DNA from: Candidatus Altimarinota bacterium
GTDB taxonomy: Bacteria > Patescibacteriota > Gracilibacteria > 1-14-2-50-48-13
DNA length: 64,000 nucleotides
Assembly: GCA_046314355.1 (NCBI GenBank)
Contig: JBKBWQ010000001.1
Coordinates: 864,001-928,000, forward strand
Direction: 5' to 3'
Within the stretch, counting starts at the first letter, position 1, and every line of letters starts with the position of its first letter. The translations under genes and the position numbers were made by a program. The notes beneath the pieces are model-generated. The model saw only the letters and a list, made by a program, of their open reading frames with translations. It had not been told where the DNA came from and did no database searches. This document shows, piece after piece, positions 1 through 9,799 of this stretch.

Positions 1-1
1 C

Positions 2-514
2 CGCAACAAAAAATGCTCCCAGAACGTAGGAAAGCAGGAGTCTTCGTCCATCAAGCAAAGTGGTGCAATAGAATCTTGCAAGAATAATAAAAAGCCATGC
101 AGGTATCAGCCATGTTTTTAGAATGCCTAGAGCAGTTTTTAGGCTATCAAAGGTCTCAATGGGAGATGCTGGAATACCTGTCTGAAACAAGACTTGTTTA
201 GGGATAGTAAGGATACCTAGAGCAGCTACAAAGACAAATAACCCCCAAAGTACGGTGGGAGATTTAGGTGAGAACTCTTTTTTAATAAACGCCCAGAGTA
301 CTTCTCTTTCGGTGAGAAGCATAGAGACAAGCCAATAAAAGAAAAGAGCATCAATAAAGATCTCAAGTACATTCCATGGTATACCGAAAAATGTAAGTTT
401 GATTTTGTATGCAATGAAGAACATCGGCAGAGAAAAGAACGCCAGATTCTTTCTCAGAACAATAAGTATTCCGAATCCAAGAAGCAGGAGAAGTGTGAGG
501 AAAAGTACATTCAT
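2..514 (-). CDS. Polytopic membrane protein, probable O-antigen ligase/polymerase-like family (5' part only; runs off the window)
   Basis: Manually translated open frame from ATG 514 to the window edge: MNVLFLTLLLLLGFGILIVL...FFGIPWNVLEIF...ALGILKTWLIP. Several hydrophobic segments; starts 5 nt after the der stop. Absent from the ORF track because it has no stop in the window. Confidence 0.55.
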   Translation of the reverse strand, partial: MNVLFLTLLLLLGFGILIVLRKNLAFFSLPMFFIAYKIKLTFFGIPWNVLEIFIDALFFYWLVSMLLTEREVLWAFIKKEFSPKSPTVLWGLFVFVAALGILTIPKQVLFQTGIPASPIETFDSLKTALGILKTWLIPAWLFIILARFYCTTLLDGRRLLLSYVLGAFFVA

Positions 515-519
515 AGATA

Positions 520-1929
520 TTATTCTTGAGTATAGTCTTTCTTTTTCTTATTACGGTAAGTAATAATCATCGGAGTACCAAGGAAATCATACTTTTCACG
601 AATCTTGTTTTCCAGGTAGCGTTTGTATGAAAAATGAAAGAATTCCTTATCATTTACAAATATAACAAATTCAGGAGGATTGGATCCAACCTGTGTTGCA
701 TAGTTCACCTTTGGTATATAGCTCTTCGTACCTGTGGGCTGATGTTTCTCAACTATTGCAGCAATATATCTATTCAGGACACCCGTCTCTACACGCTTCG
801 CTCTTGATGCTAGAGACTGCTCTATCATCTCATACACCGCATGTACATTTTTCTTTTCTTTTGCAGAGACAAATATTACAGATGCCCATGGGAGGAACGG
901 AAATTTATATCTCAAGTATGCAATATAGAGATCCATAAGATCCGTACCTCTAAATCCTACCGCTCTCAATTCCTCAGGAAGATCCACTTTTTCTTTAATA
1001 AGATCCCATTTATTGATGACGATCACAAGTCCCTTTTTTGCTTCAAGGATATATTCAGCCATATGCATATCCTGCTTCCGGATACCCTTCTCAGCATCCA
1101 TTACAAGAAGACATACATCTGACCGCTCAATGGCACGCTCAGTACGAAGTACACTGAATTTTTCAATTCCCTTTTCAATCTTTCCTCTTCTTCGAATACC
1201 CGCAGTATCCACAAGGACGTATTCCTTGCCGTCATAGGTAAGCAGCGTGTCATTTGAATCACGGGTCGTACCTGCGATATCAGAAACAATTGCTTTTTTG
1301 GAGTCAGAGATTGCATTAAAAAGTGCAGATTTTCCTACATTTGGAGTACCTATAAGCGCAATATGAGGTCTTTTATCCTCTACTATTTCTTCATCCTCTT
1401 TCTCAAATCCAATAGCCTTCAACTCTCTCTGAACTGCTGCCTCTAGCTTATCAAGATTTTTCTTATGGGAGACTGATACAGGTAAAGCCTCTCCAAGACC
1501 AAGTCCGTAGAATCCGGCAATGTATGTCTCAAGTTTTTCATTATCACATTTATTTGCTACAAATATGTAGGGCTTTCCACTTTTTCTAAGTAATGCCGCA
1601 GCTTCCTCATCGGTAGCAAGAATCTCAGCTGCCACATCTACTACGAATATAAGCAGATCTGCTTCCTCAATGGCGAAACGTACCTGTTTCTGTACTTCCT
1701 CTTCAAGGTGCTTATGTCCGTCATCCTCTGTCTCAAGTTCGATGATACCCGCAGTGTCTATGAGGTGAAAAGGCACCTGCTTCTTCTTTGAAATTACTGC
1801 ATCTACCGCATCCCGGGTAGTACCTGGCACATCAGAAATAATCGCTTTGGATTTACCCAAAAAACGATTAAAAAGTGAGGATTTTCCTACATTTGGACGG
1901 CCGATGATGGCGACGATGGGAAGATGCAT
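520..1929 (-). CDS. der: Ribosome biogenesis GTPase Der (EngA)
   Basis: Two tandem G domains (GRPNVGKSS/DTAG/NKCD and GTPNVGKSA/DTAG/NKWD) and a C-terminal KH-like domain (SYKRYLENKIRE..GTP). Confidence 0.97.
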   Translation of the reverse strand: MHLPIVAIIGRPNVGKSSLFNRFLGKSKAIISDVPGTTRDAVDAVISKKKQVPFHLIDTAGIIELETEDDGHKHLEEEVQKQVRFAIEEADLLIFVVDVAAEILATDEEAAALLRKSGKPYIFVANKCDNEKLETYIAGFYGLGLGEALPVSVSHKKNLDKLEAAVQRELKAIGFEKEDEEIVEDKRPHIALIGTPNVGKSALFNAISDSKKAIVSDIAGTTRDSNDTLLTYDGKEYVLVDTAGIRRRGKIEKGIEKFSVLRTERAIERSDVCLLVMDAEKGIRKQDMHMAEYILEAKKGLVIVINKWDLIKEKVDLPEELRAVGFRGTDLMDLYIAYLRYKFPFLPWASVIFVSAKEKKNVHAVYEMIEQSLASRAKRVETGVLNRYIAAIVEKHQPTGTKSYIPKVNYATQVGSNPPEFVIFVNDKEFFHFSYKRYLENKIREKYDFLGTPMIITYRNKKKKDYTQE

Positions 1930-2013
1930 ACAATATACTGTTCAAAAACTCAAAAGTTGCCACTACCTTAGCCTAGATACGTGGGTCTTGTAAAGGGTAA
2001 AGAACAATATCTG

Positions 2014-2367
2014 CTATTTTTTTCTGAAAAGTGCTTTTATTTTTTTTGTGCAATATTCTGTAAAGGTTTCTGTGAGATCAACATCTTCTCTTAATTCTTC
2101 AACTTTATGCTGCATATACTGGCAGGAAAGACAGTCTGAGAGATTCTTATGAAAATATAGGTCAAAGGGTGTCTGTGTAGGATATTTTTCTGATTTTTTA
2201 AGCTTTTTGTAATAGCTGGAAAACTCAGAAAGCACATCTTTCATTCCAGGTTCTTTAAGTATAAGCCATGAGATCATCTCATCAAAGGTAAGCATATTTC
2301 TATTCTTCATATATTCCTGAAGAAGTTCGCTTCCGTCATGGTCATAAATAGTATGTATTTTTTTCAT
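2014..2367 (-). CDS. Small hypothetical protein, possible immunity/partner of the upstream 1029-aa protein
   Basis: 117-aa ORF starting 3 nt after the stop of 2371..5460; no recognisable family motif. Confidence 0.6.
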   Translation of the reverse strand: MKKIHTIYDHDGSELLQEYMKNRNMLTFDEMISWLILKEPGMKDVLSEFSSYYKKLKKSEKYPTQTPFDLYFHKNLSDCLSCQYMQHKVEELREDVDLTETFTEYCTKKIKALFRKK

Positions 2368-2370
2368 ATT

Positions 2371-5300
2371 TTATTTGTGAAGTATCTTCTGTTCTAGAGG
2401 TGTAGTAATCTTCTTGGACGTATCAATAATATAGGAAAGAGTCTTGTTTTTAAACTGAGGAGAATTCATTAGTATATCTCTCTTGCCTACTGACTGCAAT
2501 TCAATAAAAGTGTTTTTTCCAGCACCTGAGGTTACCGAGACAGGTATGGTCTTTGCTTGAATTCTCGACAAATAGTCTACTAGTGATTTTCCAGAAATAT
2601 AGTTACTGAGTAGTTCCTGATGATGTACAGCAATTTTGCTTAGGATTTCATCCTGAATTTTTGTCACAGATCCAGTGAAGTTAGTTCGTGGTTGCAATAA
2701 TAAAGAAAATGATCCTCCATTCTGAACAAGTTTTGCATCCAGACCCGGATGCAACTTAAGTATTTCATTTACTTTTACCTTATGTGTGAGCAGTACCATA
2801 TCTCCTAGTTCTGTTCCGCTCATTCCTAGAACTTTTCCTGTCATGTTATTTATCGCACCGAGATTAAATTCCCAAGATGTCAGGGCTACAGGCACTCCTT
2901 TTTCAAAACCTAGTTCATCTAAGGTTCTCATCAATGATACATTAGGAAGTTCATCAAAATTCCTCTCCACAGCAAGAGTTTGTTTTAAAGTAGCAATTCG
3001 GGCCGTTTCTTGTTTTACTCCAGAAGTTTCCTTATAAGCTAATTTTTGTGGTTTTATAGTTCCAATCTGCTTTCCTTTCCCCTTTGTGTCACTCACCCCC
3101 TGGTCTAGAGCAGATTTCATTTCTACCACATCTGTATTTTTTCCAATTCTCGAAGATACCATATACAAATCTCCATCAGACGTCGCACTTTTTGAGAGTC
3201 TGCCGGATTCATGCATGGAGGAGAGATATTTTCCCTGGAGATATTTATATACCTCATCAGGACTTAATCTGCCCTGCACTTCTTTTGACATTTTCTGAGC
3301 ATCATTCATGTAATCATCTCTTAAAAATGAGAAATGTTTTTCCCGGTATTCCAACAGGGCTAATGATTTCTTCTCTTTATCGGAAAGTTTTGGTTTGGCC
3401 TTTAATTTTTTAATTTGAACAAGGGATTGTTCAATGATATCCGAAAAATTTGGTTTTGAAGAAGGCAGCTTTTCCATATATGTATTTATTTCCTTTACCA
3501 AAAGAGTTATTTGATCGGGTACTTTTAGTGTATCAAGTACCTTAAAGTCTTTGCCGAGTTTTTGCTCTAAATGTTTTGAAATACCTTCTTCTACACTTTT
3601 AATAGACTTTTTCATTTTTTCCGCATCCTTGATAAGTGTTCTTTTCAGAAGAGTCTCTTTCATATATACATCTTTTTCCACAATCTTTTTATACTCTTTT
3701 CTTGCCTTATTCATTGTCTTCTTATTGAAACTGAAGAATAACACTTCATCTCCATCTGATGCTTTAATCACTAGAAGGCCTTTATCCTTGTATTTATTTT
3801 GAAGCGTTTTTAAAGCAGCAATAGTCTCATCTCCAGCATCCTTACCAAATATTTTATTGATACTTCCAAGACCTCCGATATCTCCCATAGCCATATAATT
3901 GAACCCCGCATCCTTGAGCATAAGCTGCCCCTCCTTTGAATCAAAAAACTCTCTATTAAGAAGCTTATTTTTATCAAAAAAGTCATTATATTTTTCCGGA
4001 TGATTCTGTTTTAACTTAGAAAAGACTTTATTCTGCAGTGTTTCTGGGCCTATGACCTGCGGCCACTTTATTTTGCCGCTCAGTACAGGACCTATATCTA
4101 TCTTATATTTCCCGGCTACCTTCATCAATGCACCTATACCCTTGATACCATCTGCAGTTTTGACATTCAAAGCAGGGATGGCGCTTGCTATGACTATACC
4201 CATGATCTTTCCTTTTTCTTCATTTGGAAGAGTCTCCCACCAGCTTCCCTTTTCCCGGTATGCAAACTCTATCGCATGTCCAAGCTGTTTGCTCATTCCT
4301 ACCGGATCCTCTGAAAATGATCTTCCGAGAGTACCTGCCACATTTGCGAGACCTGCCACAGTATTATTCTCAGCAAGAACTTTCTGTGCCAGTCCTTTTT
4401 GATCCTTAGGAAGAGTCTTGATGTACATTGCAAGTACTGGGAGCTGTGCCAGGTCGAGTACAAATTTTGCACTTCCCGCTACCGCTTCACCCATTCCTTT
4501 TCCTACTCCTAATGACACTTCCAAGAGCCGCGGCATTGCATCGTTACCAAGACTTTTAGGAAGATCCTTATACCCCATTTTTTCAGCCCAGTCCTTTTGA
4601 TAGGCGATTCTTTTTGAAGGTGTGGAAGAGATCTCTCTATAAAAAGATAACGCCTGGTTTAACTGATTTACAGAGAGAGAAATCTTTTCTTTATTCGCTG
4701 GTGATTGCTTTAATAATGTTCTGAGGTTATCTCTGATCTGTCCAATCTTGCCTTTGATATATGCATTTGAATGCGTCTTAAGAAAAGCATCATAACGCTT
4801 ATAATAGTCACTTGTTTTTCTGATCTCCTGGTATGCCCCCTGCAGGACTGTCTTCTGCTGGAGTACGTCATTGCCGCTTTCATCTGCGGTGATTCCATTC
4901 TTTAAAAAAGTAGGCAGCTGTCTTTTGTACCAGACATTGGCAGCATTCGTATAGTTTTTTATTTCATTTCTAAAATGAGAAGCAGTAGAGACTTCAGAAG
5001 CTTTTAACTGCTGTATATCTTTTTGACTCAATGCCGGCAAATCACTTTTATAGGCAAGCTCAACTGCTTTTTGAATCTCTGGATCAGCTGCCGCCTCTTT
5101 TTTTTCAGAAATCTTAGGAGTGTGCTTATCATAAAGAACCAGGAGCTGATTTGTAATGCTCTCTCCCATCTTTCTTAAACTCTCCTTATCTGACTGCAGT
5201 GTCTTCATACGGTTGAGAGCCGTCATGACTTTCTGCATTTCCGGACTTCTCAGTATTTCTTCCTGTTTCGCCTTTGAAAGACTTGCATTTTTCAGTACAG

Positions 5301-5460
5301 AAGAGAGTGTTTTCTGCTTTGCCTGTACTTTATTTATAAATGCCGCCTCATCAAAAATCTGCTCAGCTTGAGCTCCGAGGAGCTTTTCCTGAGATTTTTC
5401 AACCTCCTGCATTTTACCCTGAATCTCTCCAAAGCTTAAGGATTGCTGTTCAGCAGACAT
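2371..5460 (-). CDS. Large helical protein with a Gly/Ala-rich linker and divergent GGDEF-like domains
   Basis: 1029 aa. Motifs LLNREFF...GDIGGLGSINKIFGKDAGDETI...KASDGDEVLFF, later SALDQGVSDTKGKGK; second degenerate copy NLGAINN...GTELGDMVL...QNGGSF. Confidence 0.7.
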   Translation of the reverse strand: MSAEQQSLSFGEIQGKMQEVEKSQEKLLGAQAEQIFDEAAFINKVQAKQKTLSSVLKNASLSKAKQEEILRSPEMQKVMTALNRMKTLQSDKESLRKMGESITNQLLVLYDKHTPKISEKKEAAADPEIQKAVELAYKSDLPALSQKDIQQLKASEVSTASHFRNEIKNYTNAANVWYKRQLPTFLKNGITADESGNDVLQQKTVLQGAYQEIRKTSDYYKRYDAFLKTHSNAYIKGKIGQIRDNLRTLLKQSPANKEKISLSVNQLNQALSFYREISSTPSKRIAYQKDWAEKMGYKDLPKSLGNDAMPRLLEVSLGVGKGMGEAVAGSAKFVLDLAQLPVLAMYIKTLPKDQKGLAQKVLAENNTVAGLANVAGTLGRSFSEDPVGMSKQLGHAIEFAYREKGSWWETLPNEEKGKIMGIVIASAIPALNVKTADGIKGIGALMKVAGKYKIDIGPVLSGKIKWPQVIGPETLQNKVFSKLKQNHPEKYNDFFDKNKLLNREFFDSKEGQLMLKDAGFNYMAMGDIGGLGSINKIFGKDAGDETIAALKTLQNKYKDKGLLVIKASDGDEVLFFSFNKKTMNKARKEYKKIVEKDVYMKETLLKRTLIKDAEKMKKSIKSVEEGISKHLEQKLGKDFKVLDTLKVPDQITLLVKEINTYMEKLPSSKPNFSDIIEQSLVQIKKLKAKPKLSDKEKKSLALLEYREKHFSFLRDDYMNDAQKMSKEVQGRLSPDEVYKYLQGKYLSSMHESGRLSKSATSDGDLYMVSSRIGKNTDVVEMKSALDQGVSDTKGKGKQIGTIKPQKLAYKETSGVKQETARIATLKQTLAVERNFDELPNVSLMRTLDELGFEKGVPVALTSWEFNLGAINNMTGKVLGMSGTELGDMVLLTHKVKVNEILKLHPGLDAKLVQNGGSFSLLLQPRTNFTGSVTKIQDEILSKIAVHHQELLSNYISGKSLVDYLSRIQAKTIPVSVTSGAGKNTFIELQSVGKRDILMNSPQFKNKTLSYIIDTSKKITTPLEQKILHK

Positions 5461-5633
5461 GTATAAATAGAAAAAGAGTTATCTATTCATTATACAGAAT
5501 GCAGTACAGAAGTAGCAATATGGTGATATTGACTAATAAGATAAGTGTCAATAAATATCTAAAACCTAGATAGTTGCATATTTCCGTGAGTGTATGAGAT
5601 AATGATACGAAGTTTACATTTTAAATGGTGTAT

Positions 5634-5816
5634 ATGGATACCCAGGATCTTGAAGCAAGACTTAAAGTAGAAGAAGCAAAGCACAGCATACTTCAGCAAA
5701 GTATCATGGAAACAAATGCAGCACAGGTTGCTATCAATAAACTTACTGAGGAGGCTGAAAATATTGATCAAGAAAATGAACAAGACCAGCTACTGCAAAC
5801 TATTGATTCTATCTAA
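5634..5816 (+). CDS. Small acidic coiled-coil protein
   Basis: ORF 5625/5634..5816, E/Q-rich heptads; 14 nt upstream of the next ORF. Confidence 0.55.
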   Translation: MDTQDLEARLKVEEAKHSILQQSIMETNAAQVAINKLTEEAENIDQENEQDQLLQTIDSI

Positions 5817-5830
5817 ATATTATTATCATT

Positions 5831-6280
5831 ATGGAACAGAACGAATTTAAACCGCAAAGTATAGATAAGATTCAGACTCCTGAGGAATTTGAAAATCGTA
5901 TCAATAAATTGATAAGTGAAAACAAGACAAATCAAGATGCACTCAATCAGAAGGCATATTCTCTTCTAGGAACATCAGAGGCGCTATTTAATAAAATTCT
6001 TGATTTAAAAAGTAAAAATCCAAATAATCCAAAAATTGATGAGTTGAAAGATAAAACATATCAGATTTTAAAAAACAGCAAAACATTTCAAAAAGCTATG
6101 GAACAGCAAGGAGTACTTGCTAATTTTAAGAAACTCTCTCTCTTAAAACAGGCTATATATACTGAAAAAGCAGGAGGAAACACTACTCAGGAAGCAGTAA
6201 AACCAGTATCCAACACCACTGAGAAAGTAGGTTGGAAAAGTAGAACCAACGATGCAATAGGCTCGGATGAGATTCGCTAA
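5831..6280 (+). CDS. Hypothetical helical protein
   Basis: 149-aa K/N/Q-rich ORF, no family motif. Confidence 0.65.
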   Translation: MEQNEFKPQSIDKIQTPEEFENRINKLISENKTNQDALNQKAYSLLGTSEALFNKILDLKSKNPNNPKIDELKDKTYQILKNSKTFQKAMEQQGVLANFKKLSLLKQAIYTEKAGGNTTQEAVKPVSNTTEKVGWKSRTNDAIGSDEIR

Positions 6281-6903
6281 TCTTTATACACGAATTCTAC
6301 CATTGCCTGTCCTTCTCTATCAAAATCGATATAGAGATCTTTTTGTTGAGCCAATGCTCTAAAAGTATTCTTTGTTTGAATAATATTTTGATCATTGTCA
6401 CTATAGTTCGAAGTACCGTTGACGGTAAGATCCTTCAATTTTTCTGGATAAGGAACTATAATATGGTATTTTCCGGGTACCTTAATCTGAGCACTTAGGC
6501 GCACCATTGTCTCTTTACCTATATGAAAAATTCCCTCCATGGGGTTTGGTTCATATATAAATGTCTTCTCGGGAAATAACATTGTATGGTTTAAACCCTT
6601 CACTGCGAGAGCTGGAAGATCTTTCGTAAATTTTGCATCGACTGCTCCGATCTCTGCCTCCTGCTCCTGAGTGAGATCAGCTCCTGAGAAACGGTCTATG
6701 TAGTCTGAAGTATCAACATGCACAGTAGGAACATGATATACTGCCTGCTTCCCTACGGTCACTAGTATACTTGTAGCTACTACAACATTTACAAGTCCTT
6801 TAAGCTTATTGAGATATGTCTTTTTTACAGCATGAAGAAGAGGAAGTCTTTTTGGAAGAATCTCTTTTTTGAGCTGCATTCTAGGTTCTTCTGTAAGGGA
6901 CAT
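6277..6903 (-). CDS. Hypothetical single-pass membrane protein
   Basis: 208 aa with hydrophobic segment LVNVVVATSILVTVG followed by a soluble domain. Confidence 0.65.
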   Translation of the reverse strand: MSLTEEPRMQLKKEILPKRLPLLHAVKKTYLNKLKGLVNVVVATSILVTVGKQAVYHVPTVHVDTSDYIDRFSGADLTQEQEAEIGAVDAKFTKDLPALAVKGLNHTMLFPEKTFIYEPNPMEGIFHIGKETMVRLSAQIKVPGKYHIIVPYPEKLKDLTVNGTSNYSDNDQNIIQTKNTFRALAQQKDLYIDFDREGQAMVEFVYKD

Positions 6904-6961
6904 AAAAAGACAAAATATACATAGATATTTTTATTGTATCAAACATCGGTTAAATGCGCCA

Positions 6962-8251
<1,290 letters not shown>

Positions 8252-8421
8252 TTATGTACCAATATGTGAAAACTTCGCATCGATGAGATCTAACAATACA
8301 TCACCATACTTATTTTCTAGCTTTGAAGGAATTGCGTACTTGAGACTCGACCTGATACTGATGTCCTGTTCTTCAAAATACATATGTCAAGCCCCCTACT
8401 AAAGCACTCTCATATAAAACA

Positions 8422-8450
8422 TTGACGCTCCATACTCCCCAACGTAATAT
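8422..8450 (+). promoter_or_regulatory. Sigma70-type promoter for the lipoprotein gene
   Basis: TTGACG-N17-TAATAT. Confidence 0.5.
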
Positions 8451-8482
8451 AGAGGCAATTGTTCACTCTTTCTCTATCACTC

Positions 8483-9658
8483 ATGAAATACACTCTTTCA
8501 GTAGTCGCAGCCATGGTTCTTCTCGCATCATGCGGAGGAAGCAGTACATCAACAAACGATAATTCTCTTTCAGGAAGCGGTGCAGCTTATCCTGATTCAT
8601 ACTTAGATATGAATGCGAATACAAATGGGTCTCTTGAGGGTTCTGCTCTTGAAGAGCGAAAACAGCTCGAGAATGATCTCGCTACAGCAAAGCAGCTTCT
8701 CGCAGAAGCTCAGGAAATGGATATCACAAAGAGTCAGGATGATATCAAGGCACGGATTACAGCCGTAAAAGAAAAAGCAACATCTCTCCGTGAAGTAGAT
8801 GATTTCTTTGTAGAAGCAGATAGCCTACTCCAGGATGCTCAAACTCTAGAGGATCGGGTAGCAAACTATGTACAGGTCGCAGCTCTTCCTCTACATGAAG
8901 ACCTTAGCGGAAAGTTTCAGGATATATCCATCAAATCTCTCATGAAACAGGGAGGAAATATCTTTGCTGTGGCTGAAAAAGGAGTATATGGACCTATCAA
9001 TTCAGGAAAAGTTGAAGATGTAAAAGCAATTACGTTACCAGAAGGAAGCATCGGTACATCTGGTACTTATTCAATAAAATATAGAGAAAGTTATATTACT
9101 TCTCTCCCAGGACAGATGTGGAAGATCGCAGGTGATGCACTTACACCACAGAAAGTAGAAGAAGGCGGAGCTTGGTACCCAGGCAGCGAGATTTGGACAT
9201 ACAGCAAATTTATCTACATCCTCGATCCACTCAGCAAACAGCTTTGGAAGTATGAGTATATTTCTGAGAATCTCTTTAAAAAGCCTATTATCGCTATCGA
9301 TACACCTGAGATGAAAGCTCTTGATATCAAATCCGTATCCATCGATGGAAATATCTACGTTCTTGGAAACGGAACAATCACGAAGTTTACTCAGGGTAAG
9401 AAAATAGATCTTGAAATTGGAGCAGACCTTAAGAATCTCTCTTCAAGCAGTACAATATATACAGATCAGAATAGTACTTACCTCTATGCCTTTGATCCTA
9501 CTGCCGGAAGACTTATCAGATTTAAGAAAAGAGCCACAGGACTTGATGTAGCAAATGAGTATACAATCCAGGGAAGCTATAAAGGTATGATCGTCTCACC
9601 AGACGAGAAATCAGTATTCTTCTTTGATACAAACAAAATTTACAAACTTGCACTTTAA
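8483..9658 (+). CDS. Lipoprotein with coiled coil and C-terminal beta-propeller-like domain
   Basis: Lipobox LASC after a signal peptide (ATG 8483 preferred); repeats IYILD, IDGNIYVL, YLYAFD. Confidence 0.7.
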   Translation: MKYTLSVVAAMVLLASCGGSSTSTNDNSLSGSGAAYPDSYLDMNANTNGSLEGSALEERKQLENDLATAKQLLAEAQEMDITKSQDDIKARITAVKEKATSLREVDDFFVEADSLLQDAQTLEDRVANYVQVAALPLHEDLSGKFQDISIKSLMKQGGNIFAVAEKGVYGPINSGKVEDVKAITLPEGSIGTSGTYSIKYRESYITSLPGQMWKIAGDALTPQKVEEGGAWYPGSEIWTYSKFIYILDPLSKQLWKYEYISENLFKKPIIAIDTPEMKALDIKSVSIDGNIYVLGNGTITKFTQGKKIDLEIGADLKNLSSSSTIYTDQNSTYLYAFDPTAGRLIRFKKRATGLDVANEYTIQGSYKGMIVSPDEKSVFFFDTNKIYKLAL

Positions 9659-9670
9659 ACTAAGAAACAT

Positions 9671-9710
9671 AAAAAAATACCTGTTCTATAATAAGAGCAG
9701 GTATTTTTTT
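9671..9710 (+). terminator. Intrinsic terminator
   Basis: AAAAAAATACCTGTTCT...AGAGCAGGTATTTTTTT hairpin. Confidence 0.75.
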
Positions 9711-9799
9711 ATTGTCCAGTGGTCTCTTGTTCTATAGCAGAGCTTCATGATATAATTACTTGAATAGCTATAATTAAAAACAAATAACTAAAACCCCTA

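Noticed and set aside
2371-5460. Cas10 / type III CRISPR locus
   Set aside because: Palm-like motifs are present, but there is no HD domain, zinc finger, GGDD, RAMP genes or array.
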